From: Candidatus Moraniibacteriota bacterium
GTDB lineage: Bacteria > Patescibacteriota > Minisyncoccia > CAIUEV01
Direction: 5' to 3'
DNA: 37,184 bases
Assembly: GCA_016867255.1 (NCBI GenBank)
Contig: VGKB01000002.1
Coordinates: 1-37,184 of the forward strand
Both the position numbers and the translations under genes were made by a program. Below the pieces are notes generated by a model. That model saw nothing but the letters and a program-made list of their open reading frames with translations, did not search any database and was not told where the DNA came from. Positions 22,230-31,577 of the stretch are shown one piece after another; the stretch's first letter is position 1; each line of letters begins with the position of its first letter.

Positions 22230-25049
22230 ATGGCCAGCCAGACTCCAAATTCCCAAAAATCCGCCAAAAAGAAAATTATTCTCGGCCTGCTTGCCGCGCT
22301 GGCGGTTTTTGCGGCAATCTTTAGTTCCACTCAAGCCAAAATTTTAGCGGAGGTCACTTATAACTACGGAGTTGGCTCCACTCAAACCCGCCAGGTTATT
22401 TTTGACAGTCAAGGACAGATTGATTCCTTGCTTGCCAGTGGAACAGCCACGGTCAAAAAAATACGCGACATTCCTGACAATCTTTCCAAAGAAGAATACG
22501 ACAAGATTGTTAATGAAACGAATGACTACAACCAACAACAGGAACAGTTGGACACAAAAAACGCCAGCTCTTCGCTTTGGTCTATTGCCAGCTGGCTACC
22601 CGATAAAATACTCCGCGTTTTACTGGCGATTTTATACATTGTTTTATGGCTGTTTTATTCAATCGCTTACGGATTAGTTTATCTTGCGGAATCCATCCTG
22701 AAGTTGGTTATAGACCCCGCTCTAATAAAAGCACTGGGCGGCCTTTCCACCGCTGATTTCGTGAAAAGCGTGGCGCAAACGCTGGCTAATCTCTGCAATA
22801 TTTTCTACCTTATTTTCCTTCTCTACATCGCTTTTATGACCATCATCCGGAAAGCGGACACTTGGCGGCTGCTTTTTAAGCTGGTAATGGCGGCTCTACT
22901 AACCAACTTCGGCTTGGTGTTGGCGGGAGCAATTATTGATGTTTCTCAGGTGATAATGTATTCTATTTTTACTCCCGATAAGATTCAGGCCGGTTTCTCT
23001 CCAGGTACTGAAATCTTATTAAAAATTCAAGAAAAATTAAAAATCGGATCGGGGAGTCTTTCGGGACTCTATGATCTCGCCTCAAAAATTTTTGGCTGGG
23101 ACAAAACCGGAGAGCTTTTAAAAGATGTTTTAAACTTAATCTTTTTGATTTTTGTGGCTTTGGCTTTGGTAATTACCCTTCTTACCGTCGCGCTTATTTT
23201 AATGATTCGAATTATTGCCCTCTGGATTATCCTGATTCTTTCTCCCGTCGCCTTTTTGTTTTATGTCCTCCCTCAAACCGAAAAGTGGTGGAATGAGTGG
23301 CTGGAAAGTCTTTTCAAGTACGCATTCACCGGACCGATCTTGGTCTTTTTCCTCTGGCTGGCTAAGAAAATCGCCGACAATTTCAAGAATATTGAGGAAT
23401 TAAATAAGCTGGGAAATAATCTCCCCAATCAAGACGATTTGAAATACGCCTTTTACGCTTTGGTAGCCCAAAATTTCGCCAGCTTCTTCCAGATGCTGGT
23501 CCTGGTCGCCGTAATCTGGGCCGGCATCCTAATCGCCAATAAATTCGGCATCAAAGGCGCCAAAAGTCTAGATCAGCTCCTCAAAAGTACTGGCAACTTG
23601 CCTGGTAAAATTGCCCGTGGTTGGGGCCACGCCGTTAGCGCCGTGGGCAGAACGACTATGTTGGGCAAAAAAGCCTTCCAAATCCTCCGCGGCAAAAAAA
23701 TAGAAGGGCTAGAAAAGAAAAAAGCATTAGCGGGAGAAGGCACAGCCAAAGCAAAAGATCTTAGTAAAGAGATAGAATACATACAGCAAAAAATGGCAAA
23801 GAAAGACGAGAGAATGATAAAATGGCGAAAGGGTTTTGCCCTGTTTACTCCTCAGACCATCAAACAAGAGTTTGCGAAATATTGGAGTAATAGAGAGAAG
23901 GAGTATTTTGAACAATCTGGTGATTCTTTACGCGAATTTAGCCGTAACTTTCTAAATCGATTGTGGGACACTCCCCGTACAATTCGGGGACAAAAAAGAA
24001 GAGATGTTGAATTAACTAGCGATAACGCGGCTATTGGTCTTTTAGATAATAACCGAGACTTACAGAAGTTGCGAGAAAAGTTTGCTGATTTTGAAGCTAA
24101 ATATGATTGGGAAAACAGAGATAAAACCGAAAAAGAAATTGATGACTTAATCAATAATTTCACAAAAACAGTCACCGAAGACGAAGCGGAACAAAAGAGA
24201 ATTAGCGTGAAAATAAAAAAGGACGTTATGATGGGTACCCCAAATGACAATTTCCTCGGTAGATACACTCTGCAAGTTCGTGATCTTGCGGAGGAGAAGA
24301 AAAAAGGTGAAATGAAAGAAAGTTTTGAGGCAAAAGCGGAAAAGGAGAGAAGAGTAAAAGCCAAAGAAGAATACCTGGAAAAAATTCCCGACCTCACTCT
24401 TGAGCAAATGATCACTATGTTTCGGCGAGGCGATGGCGGTCCGGACATGCAAATTGCTCTGCTCCGCAAAATTGCCGTGTCCGGTAAACATTTTGGCGAT
24501 CTGATGCAAAAAATGATTGATAAATACGATAATAATGCGCTATCCCAAGAAAAGTTTGGAAAAAATTTGGATCAGTTAACCTCCAGCGAGAGAGAAAATG
24601 TTACCCAAGAGGCCAGAAGAAGGGCTTTAGAGGAAATGAAATTAATGACTTCAGGGCTAGAAGTGATTAAAGGTATGCGCGCTGCTGACAAGGAGGCTCG
24701 GACAGCTCGCAATCTTGCTCAAATCGGTTATATTACTTTTGACAAAGTCGCTGGCAAGTGGCGAATGGCCGAAGAGAAAGAAAGAATTAGCGCCATTGGA
24801 AAATTTGTTAAAGATATGCGGCCAATAGAAATCCAGCAACTGCACGTCCAGTCTTTTGAGGATCCGATAGCCAGAAGGTCCCTTGCGGAAAACATCAACT
24901 GGAAATATTTATATGACCATGACCGATTCAAAAAAGAGGTCAAAGAAACCATTAAAGACAATCTCAAAAAATATCAAGGCGAGTTCAAGAAAAATATAAT
25001 TGACTCACAGAGGAAAAAAGCTTTTGTAGATTTAATAAATTTATTTTGA
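22230..25049 (+). CDS. Large polytopic membrane protein with a roughly 470-aa charged C-terminal domain, function unknown
   Basis: Start taken at MASQTPNSQKSAKKKIILGLLAALAVFAAIFSSTQA (signal-like); the track's 22089 start overlaps the previous gene by 98 nt. At least 7 hydrophobic helices, then a Lys/Glu-rich region. The architecture is reminiscent of TrbL/VirB6-type proteins, but no motif was verified. Confidence 0.75.
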   Translation: MASQTPNSQKSAKKKIILGLLAALAVFAAIFSSTQAKILAEVTYNYGVGSTQTRQVIFDSQGQIDSLLASGTATVKKIRDIPDNLSKEEYDKIVNETNDYNQQQEQLDTKNASSSLWSIASWLPDKILRVLLAILYIVLWLFYSIAYGLVYLAESILKLVIDPALIKALGGLSTADFVKSVAQTLANLCNIFYLIFLLYIAFMTIIRKADTWRLLFKLVMAALLTNFGLVLAGAIIDVSQVIMYSIFTPDKIQAGFSPGTEILLKIQEKLKIGSGSLSGLYDLASKIFGWDKTGELLKDVLNLIFLIFVALALVITLLTVALILMIRIIALWIILILSPVAFLFYVLPQTEKWWNEWLESLFKYAFTGPILVFFLWLAKKIADNFKNIEELNKLGNNLPNQDDLKYAFYALVAQNFASFFQMLVLVAVIWAGILIANKFGIKGAKSLDQLLKSTGNLPGKIARGWGHAVSAVGRTTMLGKKAFQILRGKKIEGLEKKKALAGEGTAKAKDLSKEIEYIQQKMAKKDERMIKWRKGFALFTPQTIKQEFAKYWSNREKEYFEQSGDSLREFSRNFLNRLWDTPRTIRGQKRRDVELTSDNAAIGLLDNNRDLQKLREKFADFEAKYDWENRDKTEKEIDDLINNFTKTVTEDEAEQKRISVKIKKDVMMGTPNDNFLGRYTLQVRDLAEEKKKGEMKESFEAKAEKERRVKAKEEYLEKIPDLTLEQMITMFRRGDGGPDMQIALLRKIAVSGKHFGDLMQKMIDKYDNNALSQEKFGKNLDQLTSSERENVTQEARRRALEEMKLMTSGLEVIKGMRAADKEARTARNLAQIGYITFDKVAGKWRMAEEKERISAIGKFVKDMRPIEIQQLHVQSFEDPIARRSLAENINWKYLYDHDRFKKEVKETIKDNLKKYQGEFKKNIIDSQRKKAFVDLINLF

Positions 25050-25063
25050 GACAAAGTATAGAA

Positions 25064-25095
25064 ATTGAGTGTGGAGAATATTCCCTACACTCAAT
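25064..25095. terminator. Hairpin between convergent genes
   Basis: ATTGAGTGT (25064-25072) pairs with ACACTCAAT (25087-25095). No clear U-tract on either strand. Confidence 0.35.
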
Positions 25096-25140
25096 GAATA
25101 GGATGAATCAGCCCTTCGCCCTCAAACCTATGTGTTGGTT

Positions 25141-25386
25141 CTATAATTTTGCAATTTGATGCAAGATTAGATGGCGTACTACTATTTCCCCTGATAGTCC
25201 AATCTTTCTCATTACTGAGAATTCTGTTTCTTTCTCTTTGAATCTTTTGAGAAGTTTTTTGTGTTGTGATTCGTAAATCAATTCAATCAACTCCTCATCC
25301 CTCCCCTCTACGATATCTAACTCATAGTCCATGGGGGGTAGCTCAGGGGTACAACAAATATTCCACAAGAGTAAATATTTGTTCAT
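25141..25386 (-). CDS. Small hypothetical protein (81 aa)
   Basis: ORF with purine-rich AAGGAAG upstream. No recognisable domain. Confidence 0.5.
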   Translation of the reverse strand: MNKYLLLWNICCTPELPPMDYELDIVEGRDEELIELIYESQHKKLLKRFKEKETEFSVMRKIGLSGEIVVRHLILHQIAKL

Positions 25387-25561
25387 TTTTTGTCTTCCTT
25401 TTTACTACTTTCTCGCTAGTTTAGCTAGCTTGCCAACAAATTACCTTTCTTTCTTAAAATTGTGAAGACTAATAATTATCATTTCTTACGCATATGTGAA
25501 AAAAGTGGACAAAATTAACATAGGATACGTTGGTTAAATAAATATTATACATTTTGTGTTC

Positions 25562-26359
25562 TTATCCTTTCCCGATTATGTTATGCTCTCCGGCAACTTG
25601 TTCGCCCACGCCAAAATATAGCCGCCTGCCTTGCAAAACTTCAGTCGCGCCAACCAGTACTTCCTCTTTGTCTTTCAATAACTCATAGTTAAACGGCACG
25701 TCGGGCTTTAGCAATCTAGGCAAGTTATGCTGTGATTTAGGCCGCGCAATATCAAATATTATAGTTTCTTGGGGATTCTCCCGATTTTTTATCACGACAA
25801 AACTATGTGGTGTCGGATACTCATTGCTGTCTTTTGCATCATCCATACTAACTCCCCCAACATAGATTGACTCCAAACCAACCTTTTGGAGTAAATACTG
25901 ACCCAGCGCTGCTCGCTCCCCGCATTCAGTTTTTCCTATTAAGCTTGACAGCTTGGGTTTATTTTTGTTTTTGTTGTATACTTCTCTTCTTTCAAAAGAA
26001 CTTACATTATTTTTTGGATCAACCGCTAAAAGTTTATGCGTTTTGTTTTGGACTTGGCAGCAAACATAAAAAAGATAAGGATCAATTTGCGCTCCAACTT
26101 CTTCAAGCCAATCAAGAAAAGCTTTTTTGTTTTTTTGGAATAGAGACCTAATATTTTCCTCGTTAAAATTTTCGAGCCGATCATTAAAGCTTTCGAAATC
26201 CAATTCTAATTTTGTAGTCAGCTCACTGCTAAAAAGCGACCCTCCAAGTGGTAATTCTTGGCCGTTGCGCAGCTCTTCCGCCCATACGCCCCTATTCAGC
26301 GTTTTTAGTTCTTTTTCCCTCACTCGGTTTGCTAAAAGCTCTTCGTTTTCAAAACTCAT
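25562..26359 (-). CDS. Transglutaminase-like (papain-fold) cysteine protease domain protein
   Basis: Candidate Cys-His-Asp triad in transglutaminase-core order and spacing: GKTECGERAALGQYLLQKVGLESIYVGG ... PTPHSFVVI ... IIFDIARP. Confidence 0.5.
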   Translation of the reverse strand: MSFENEELLANRVREKELKTLNRGVWAEELRNGQELPLGGSLFSSELTTKLELDFESFNDRLENFNEENIRSLFQKNKKAFLDWLEEVGAQIDPYLFYVCCQVQNKTHKLLAVDPKNNVSSFERREVYNKNKNKPKLSSLIGKTECGERAALGQYLLQKVGLESIYVGGVSMDDAKDSNEYPTPHSFVVIKNRENPQETIIFDIARPKSQHNLPRLLKPDVPFNYELLKDKEEVLVGATEVLQGRRLYFGVGEQVAGEHNIIGKG

Positions 26360-26432
26360 ATATTAGTCAATATTACGGTTTTTTTAAATAGCGCGGGTGT
26401 CAGTTTAAGGAAGGTTATGTGTTGCAAGCTTT

Positions 26433-27824
26433 CTAGCAGGCTTCTTTGTCTCCTCGCGTTAGGCAGCGCAGGAAGACCAAGAAGGTTTTAAATAAAATAA
26501 TGGTGTCCAGGGTAAGCGACCAGTTTTCAATGTAATAGGTGTCTAAGCCCACCTCTTCCTCAAAGTTCAAATCGGAGCTGCCGGATACCTGTGCCATACC
26601 GGTAATCCCCGGCTTGATTGCCAACACCTTGCGGTGGTGGGCCTTATATCTTTTCACTTCCTCCGGTTCGTGGGGGCGCGGGCCCACTAAACTCATATCC
26701 CCCACTAAAACATTAAACAGCTGAGGAAATTCATCAAGGCGCGTGCCGCGCAGAATTTTTCCGAAGCGCGTAATCCGCGGATCGTCCGTCATCTTGAAAA
26801 GCGGCCCGTCTTTTCTTTCGTTATATTTCATCAACTCTTTCTTTTTCGCCTGAGCGTTTTTCACCATAGAACGGAATTTAAACATCCGAAAGAGTTTTCC
26901 TTGAGAAACGCGGCGCAGCCGCACAAAAACCGGCCCCGGACTGTCCAGTTTTATTATTATCCCAATCGCTAAAAACAAAGGAGAGAGCAGTGCTAGGAGT
27001 AGCAGCGACCATACCACGTCCACTCCGCGTTTCAATACCCGGCCCCAGCCATCCAGCGGAGTGCGCTTTATCTCAACCACCGGGAAACCGGCTACGCTTC
27101 TGATTTCAATGTTAGTGGCCCGGGCGGCAAATAAATTCGGCACATACTTGAAATCAATCCGGTTCAGCTCGCAAAAACGAGCTAATAGGTTAGCTTGCTG
27201 AATGGGCATTCTGGGATCGCATTGGATCACCTCATCCACTTTGCTTTTAAACTCAAGCAACTTTTCTTTGCTCACCTCTTTTATTCTTCCCACAATTTTA
27301 TAAGGCAGTTTTTTGTCTTTGCGGAAAAAAACAGCCATATTCTCACAGATGTCGTTGTCGCCCACCAGGAGCACCCGATGCAAACCAATATTTCTTCCTC
27401 GGGCCAATTTCCGCTGGACCAGACGCACCAGATATCTCTCCAAAGAAACAAAAATGATAATCAAAAACCAGCTGCCTAGCAGAATAAATCGGGAAGAAAA
27501 GAGATCCCGGTACAAAAACACGGCGATAATGAAAATTACCAGCGCCGCCGAAGTAGCCCCCAAAATTTTGATAAATTCTTTGAGTAGACTGCGGGTTACT
27601 TTCATAGAATAAAGCCCCTCAATCGCGTATACCGCCACAACGAAAATTCCCAAAAGGAGAGCCATTTTGAAATACTCGCCGAATTTGAGCTCGTAAAGTA
27701 GCGGGTAATTTTCAATTATGGGACCAAAGAAGCGCAAATAGAAAACCAAAATTGCCGCCCCTACAATAGAGAGGTAGTCTAAAGGAACCAAGATTGAGTT
27801 AAAAACCAGTTCCGATTTTTTCAT
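26433..27824 (-). CDS. Polyprenyl-phosphate hexose-1-phosphate transferase (bacterial sugar transferase, WbaP/EpsL type)
   Basis: N-terminal TM helices, and the C-terminal catalytic domain GPVFVRLRRVSQGKLFRMFKFRSM ... RLDEFPQLFNVLVGDMSLVGPRPHEPEEV. Confidence 0.9.
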   Translation of the reverse strand: MKKSELVFNSILVPLDYLSIVGAAILVFYLRFFGPIIENYPLLYELKFGEYFKMALLLGIFVVAVYAIEGLYSMKVTRSLLKEFIKILGATSAALVIFIIAVFLYRDLFSSRFILLGSWFLIIIFVSLERYLVRLVQRKLARGRNIGLHRVLLVGDNDICENMAVFFRKDKKLPYKIVGRIKEVSKEKLLEFKSKVDEVIQCDPRMPIQQANLLARFCELNRIDFKYVPNLFAARATNIEIRSVAGFPVVEIKRTPLDGWGRVLKRGVDVVWSLLLLALLSPLFLAIGIIIKLDSPGPVFVRLRRVSQGKLFRMFKFRSMVKNAQAKKKELMKYNERKDGPLFKMTDDPRITRFGKILRGTRLDEFPQLFNVLVGDMSLVGPRPHEPEEVKRYKAHHRKVLAIKPGITGMAQVSGSSDLNFEEEVGLDTYYIENWSLTLDTIILFKTFLVFLRCLTRGDKEAC

Positions 27825-27934
27825 CTTGAAAATTTTGCTATAATACTAACCGATACGAACATTCTTACCGCTAAATATGGATTTGGAAAGAGTCGGCTAT
27901 AAAGATTAGCGTTTTGGTCGCGGCGGGTTGTGTT

Positions 27935-27962
27935 GGAATTTGGAATTTAGAATTTAATTTTT
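27935..27962. repeat. 7-nt tandem repeat tract (ggaattt ggaattt agaattt aattt)
   Basis: Head-to-tail heptamers spanning the ftsQ stop. Same unit as the tracts at 29005 and 30821. Confidence 0.8.
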
Positions 27963-28904
27963 CTTCTTTTTACTGTCTTTCTTCTCGCCGGCTTTGTTGG
28001 CGTTTTGGTTTTGGCTGTCTTGGTCGCCCGGCGGATTCTCTTCCTCCGCCTTTTTAGAGTCTTCACTGTATTCCGGCTTCAGTTTATAAAAAATCCTGTC
28101 CACGATTCGCAAATCAACATACTCTAAACAGTCTGTGCTCTTCTGCTCCTCCGCCAGATTTTGGCTGATCGTCTGGTCTAAAAGCGCCAAACTTTTCTCC
28201 AAATCAAAATTAATGTCAAAATAAGCGATCCATCCTTCTTTGGTGTGCACTCGGATTTCTTCCGCCGACGGTAGCGGAACGGACAAAAAACCGACTTCTT
28301 TTCTGGTAATCTCAGTAAAATTCTTAGCGATGCCGTTGGCAAAGGCAACCAACTTCGCGCTAGTGGCCGCGCTGCCTAAAGGAATTGCCTTCCCCGAGTT
28401 ATCTTGGATGATTACCACTCCCACATTAAGATTCAGCGCTTCAGTGTAAGTACTTTTATTGTAAGCTACCCCCTCCTCGTCTACCCAGGTGCATCCCTTA
28501 TCACTGCAAAAAAGAAGCACCGCCTTCTTTTCTTTTACTGAGATGACGAGCGAATGCGGCAAGAATTTTTTTATCTCCACCGAGCTAATTCTTTTGTAAT
28601 TACCGAGCAGTTCTTTTTCTATTTGCCTAACCGGCACCAAAAAAAAATTATTGGAAGGAAAAATCCAGAAACGCTTTTTATGTAAATATGGCTCCGCTGT
28701 GCCTAATATTGTCTTTTGGTCAACAATATTGTTCCCCTCCACGGATAGGTTATGTATTTCCAGCCATTCCGAAAAAAACAGGAAATAAAAAACTCCCGCA
28801 AATAAAAGCCCAAATAAGGTATAGTAAACCAATCTGGCAAAAAAAAGCCGGACCTGGGAAACAATAACGCGCGGGGTGCGCAAATTCACCCGGGGCCTTT
28901 TCAT
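27954..28904 (-). CDS. ftsQ: FtsQ-like cell-division protein (POTRA domain)
   Basis: Basic N-terminus plus one TM (LVYYTLFGLLFAGVFYFLFF), then a POTRA-like segment LEIHNLSVEGNNIVDQKTILGTAEPYL ... ISSVEIKKFLPHSLVISVKEKKAVLL. Start taken at MKRPRVN; the track's TTG at 29057 translates the heptamer tract. Confidence 0.6.
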   Translation of the reverse strand: MKRPRVNLRTPRVIVSQVRLFFARLVYYTLFGLLFAGVFYFLFFSEWLEIHNLSVEGNNIVDQKTILGTAEPYLHKKRFWIFPSNNFFLVPVRQIEKELLGNYKRISSVEIKKFLPHSLVISVKEKKAVLLFCSDKGCTWVDEEGVAYNKSTYTEALNLNVGVVIIQDNSGKAIPLGSAATSAKLVAFANGIAKNFTEITRKEVGFLSVPLPSAEEIRVHTKEGWIAYFDINFDLEKSLALLDQTISQNLAEEQKSTDCLEYVDLRIVDRIFYKLKPEYSEDSKKAEEENPPGDQDSQNQNANKAGEKKDSKKKKN

Positions 28905-29004
28905 AAATCTCAGGCTTCTGTTCGGTGAGGAAAGTCCACGCCCCACTAATCTATATTTATACCGGTTGGAAGATTTTTTCTTAAAAAGGAACACTGGTTG
29001 TGGA

Positions 29005-29039
29005 TAAATTTGGAATTTTGAATTTAGAATCTCGGATTT
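29005..29039. repeat. 7-nt tandem repeat tract (taaattt ggaattt tgaattt agaatct cggattt)
   Basis: Five phased heptamers between the relA stop and the probable ftsQ start. Confidence 0.8.
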
Positions 29040-29070
29040 AAAACATGGAGTTCTCAATCTTAACCTTATT

Positions 29071-30768
29071 CTAGCTTTTCGGCAGTCCCCGGCGGCTGGA
29101 TTTTCGGAGCCATGTTTTTATTTTACTCCTCGCTTGGCTGGTCTTCACAAATTCCAACCATTTGCGATCCGGGTTTTTCTTGGAACGATTCGTGACAATT
29201 TCCACTACTTCCCCATTACTAATCTTATAATCCAGCGGCACTTTCTGCCCGTTTACCGCAGCGCCAATGCAAGAATGCCCCACCTCAGTATGGACCAGAT
29301 AAGCAAAATCCACCGGCGTAGCCCCTTCCGGTAAATTAATCACATCCCCTTTGGGAGTAAAAGCGAAAATGCGATCCTGAAAGAAATCAATTTTTAAGCT
29401 TTCAAAAAACTCTTTTGGGTCTCCGCCGATTTCTTTATGCCAATTTTCAAGCTGTTTTACCCATGCCAACTCCTTAAGGTTTATGTGTTTGGCCGGCTGG
29501 CTGCGTGGCAAAAAGTAGCTGTAAAAACTTCTTTGTTCGGTATAAATCCAATGGGCCGCGATGCCGAACTCCGCTTCGTAGTGCATTTGAGGGGTACGGA
29601 TCTGCACTTCAATTATCTCTTTGCCCGGCCCAAAAATAGTGGTATGAAGACTGCGATACCCATTTGGCTTGGGAAGAGAAATATAGTCTTTTATCCTTCC
29701 GATAAGCGGCTTGTAGTACTTGTGGATTATCCCCAAAACCTCGTAGCAATTGGCGACTTCCGGCACGATAATCCGAATGGCTACTAAATCATAAATTCGG
29801 GAAAGGTTCATATGATGGCGGAGTAGTTTATGATAAAGACTGTAAAGATGTTTAGCCCGCCCGTGAATGTCAATGATTTTTTGGTTTTCTTTCGCCAGAA
29901 CCTCTCTCATTTCCTCAATCGCTTGGGCTACCGCCTTTTCCTTTTGGCGAAACTTGCCCCGAGTCATTTTTTCAATTTCCCGGTATTTCCTGGGATAAAC
30001 ATAAGAAAAAGCCAGGTCTTCCAACATACTTTTTATTCCGCCAATGCCCAGCCGGTTAGCGATGGGGGCATAAATTTCCATTGTCTCTTTAGCAATGCGG
30101 TACTGTTTTTGCGGCGGGAGGACATCCAAGGTCTGCATATTATGCAGCCGGTCAGCCAGTTTTATGAGAATAATCCGAATATCCGCGGCCATTGCCAAAA
30201 TCATACGCCGTAAATTTTCCAGATAGACGTACTCTCTGTCTATCTTGTGCATTTCTTTTTCCGCTGCTGTTTTTTCTTTTTCTCTGTTTTTGTAACCATC
30301 ATCCTCTCCCTCTTCAAAATCACTTAATATTTTTTTCTTCTCTTTTTCCTCTTCTTCTGTTTCCTTTTTGGAACGCTCTTCCCCAATGTCTTGATTTTTA
30401 TCTCTCTGCCAGCTTGTTTGGGCTCTTTCTTTACTTAACCTCACATTGCCAATTTTTGTTACCCCGTTTACCAAAAAGGCGATTTCCTCGCCAAATTCCT
30501 TTTTTACCTCTTCCAGAGAGACTCCTGTGTCTTCGGCAATGTCGTGCAGAATCCCGGCCACGATCGTTTCGCTGGTCATTCCCATCTTAGCCAAAGTAAA
30601 CGCCGTGTGCAGCGGATGCTGAATATAGTCTTCTCCCGATTTCCTTTTTTGACCTTCATGGCCAATTATAGCAAACTCATGGGCCTTGCGGAGAAGTTTT
30701 ACATCCACTCTGCCCATGCGCGACTTGGCCATATTAATCACATTTTCAATGGTAATATTGTCAATCAT
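29071..30768 (-). CDS. rel: RelA/SpoT-family (p)ppGpp synthetase/hydrolase
   Basis: HD hydrolase motifs (HPLHTA, ILHDIAEDT), synthetase motifs (YRSLHTTI, EVQIRT) and a TGS domain (FTPKGDVINLPEGATPVDFAY). A roughly 60-aa Glu/Lys-rich insertion follows the HD domain. No ACT-like C-terminus. Confidence 0.93.
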   Translation of the reverse strand: MIDNITIENVINMAKSRMGRVDVKLLRKAHEFAIIGHEGQKRKSGEDYIQHPLHTAFTLAKMGMTSETIVAGILHDIAEDTGVSLEEVKKEFGEEIAFLVNGVTKIGNVRLSKERAQTSWQRDKNQDIGEERSKKETEEEEKEKKKILSDFEEGEDDGYKNREKEKTAAEKEMHKIDREYVYLENLRRMILAMAADIRIILIKLADRLHNMQTLDVLPPQKQYRIAKETMEIYAPIANRLGIGGIKSMLEDLAFSYVYPRKYREIEKMTRGKFRQKEKAVAQAIEEMREVLAKENQKIIDIHGRAKHLYSLYHKLLRHHMNLSRIYDLVAIRIIVPEVANCYEVLGIIHKYYKPLIGRIKDYISLPKPNGYRSLHTTIFGPGKEIIEVQIRTPQMHYEAEFGIAAHWIYTEQRSFYSYFLPRSQPAKHINLKELAWVKQLENWHKEIGGDPKEFFESLKIDFFQDRIFAFTPKGDVINLPEGATPVDFAYLVHTEVGHSCIGAAVNGQKVPLDYKISNGEVVEIVTNRSKKNPDRKWLEFVKTSQARSKIKTWLRKSSRRGLPKS

Positions 30769-30820
30769 GTCTTACCGGAATAATTTTTTTAGTCTAAAAT
30801 GGTCTGGTGTTGTAATAATT

Positions 30821-30862
30821 AGAATCCCGAATTTGGAATCTAGAATTTAGAATTTAGTGCTT
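30821..30862. repeat. 7-nt tandem repeat tract (agaatcc cgaattt ggaatct agaattt agaattt agtgctt)
   Basis: Six phased heptamers in the relA/lepB divergent region. The last 12 nt, aatttagtgctt, also occur at 21442-21453. Confidence 0.8.
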
Positions 30863-30889
30863 GATATTATAGTATAACAGTAAAACGCC

Positions 30890-31546
30890 ATGTTCAACCA
30901 AAAATTGCATATAAATCACAATTTTAGTTCTGCGCCACACGGCACTGGACCCCGAACCGGACAACTCAGGACGGCGGGGCGGGGCCCCGGACCAGACGGT
31001 ACCGGGCGGGGCGGGGCTATATTGGCGAGTGTTCTAGAAACCGCTCAGGTTATCCTTTTTTCGCTTGCCATTGTTCTTGTTGTGAGGGCTTATCTTATCC
31101 AGCCTTTTTTGGTAAAGGGCGCCAGCATGGAACCAAATTTCCAAGACGGCAACTATCTAATTATTGACGAGATCTCCTATCGGCTGCGTCAGCCTGAAAG
31201 AGGCGAGGTGGTGGTTTTTAAATATCCACGCGATCCAAAACAATACTTTATCAAAAGAATCGTAGGCCTGCCCAAAGAGAGGATTGAAATAAAAGACCAA
31301 AAAATCAAGATCTACAACGGCGAGTTCCCGGAAGGCAAAGAGTTGGACGAAAGCTATCTAGAAAAAGAAAGTATCACTAAAGGGAACATAACCGTTCAGC
31401 TGGGCGCCCAAGAGTATTTTGTTTTAGGAGATAACCGCCAGCAAAGCTCTGACTCGCGATTCTGGGGGCCGCTGCCAAAAGAGTTTATCATCGGCCGGAC
31501 TTGGCTGCGCGCCTGGCCATTGGATGAGATTTCAATCTTCAAATAG
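30890..31546 (+). CDS. lepB: Signal peptidase I
   Basis: Catalytic Ser box GASMEPNF, Lys box KRIVGLPKERIE, and GDNRQQSSDSRFWGP. The N-terminal 44 codons are GC-rich low complexity; an alternative TTG start lies at 31022. Confidence 0.92.
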   Translation: MFNQKLHINHNFSSAPHGTGPRTGQLRTAGRGPGPDGTGRGGAILASVLETAQVILFSLAIVLVVRAYLIQPFLVKGASMEPNFQDGNYLIIDEISYRLRQPERGEVVVFKYPRDPKQYFIKRIVGLPKERIEIKDQKIKIYNGEFPEGKELDESYLEKESITKGNITVQLGAQEYFVLGDNRQQSSDSRFWGPLPKEFIIGRTWLRAWPLDEISIFK

Positions 31547-31576
31547 GTCCAATAAGTCCTATATGATTTATTGGAC
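31547..31576. terminator. Hairpin between convergent lepB and rnj
   Basis: GTCCAATAA (31547-31555) pairs with TTATTGGAC (31568-31576). Weak U-tracts. Confidence 0.45.
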
Positions 31577-31577
31577 G

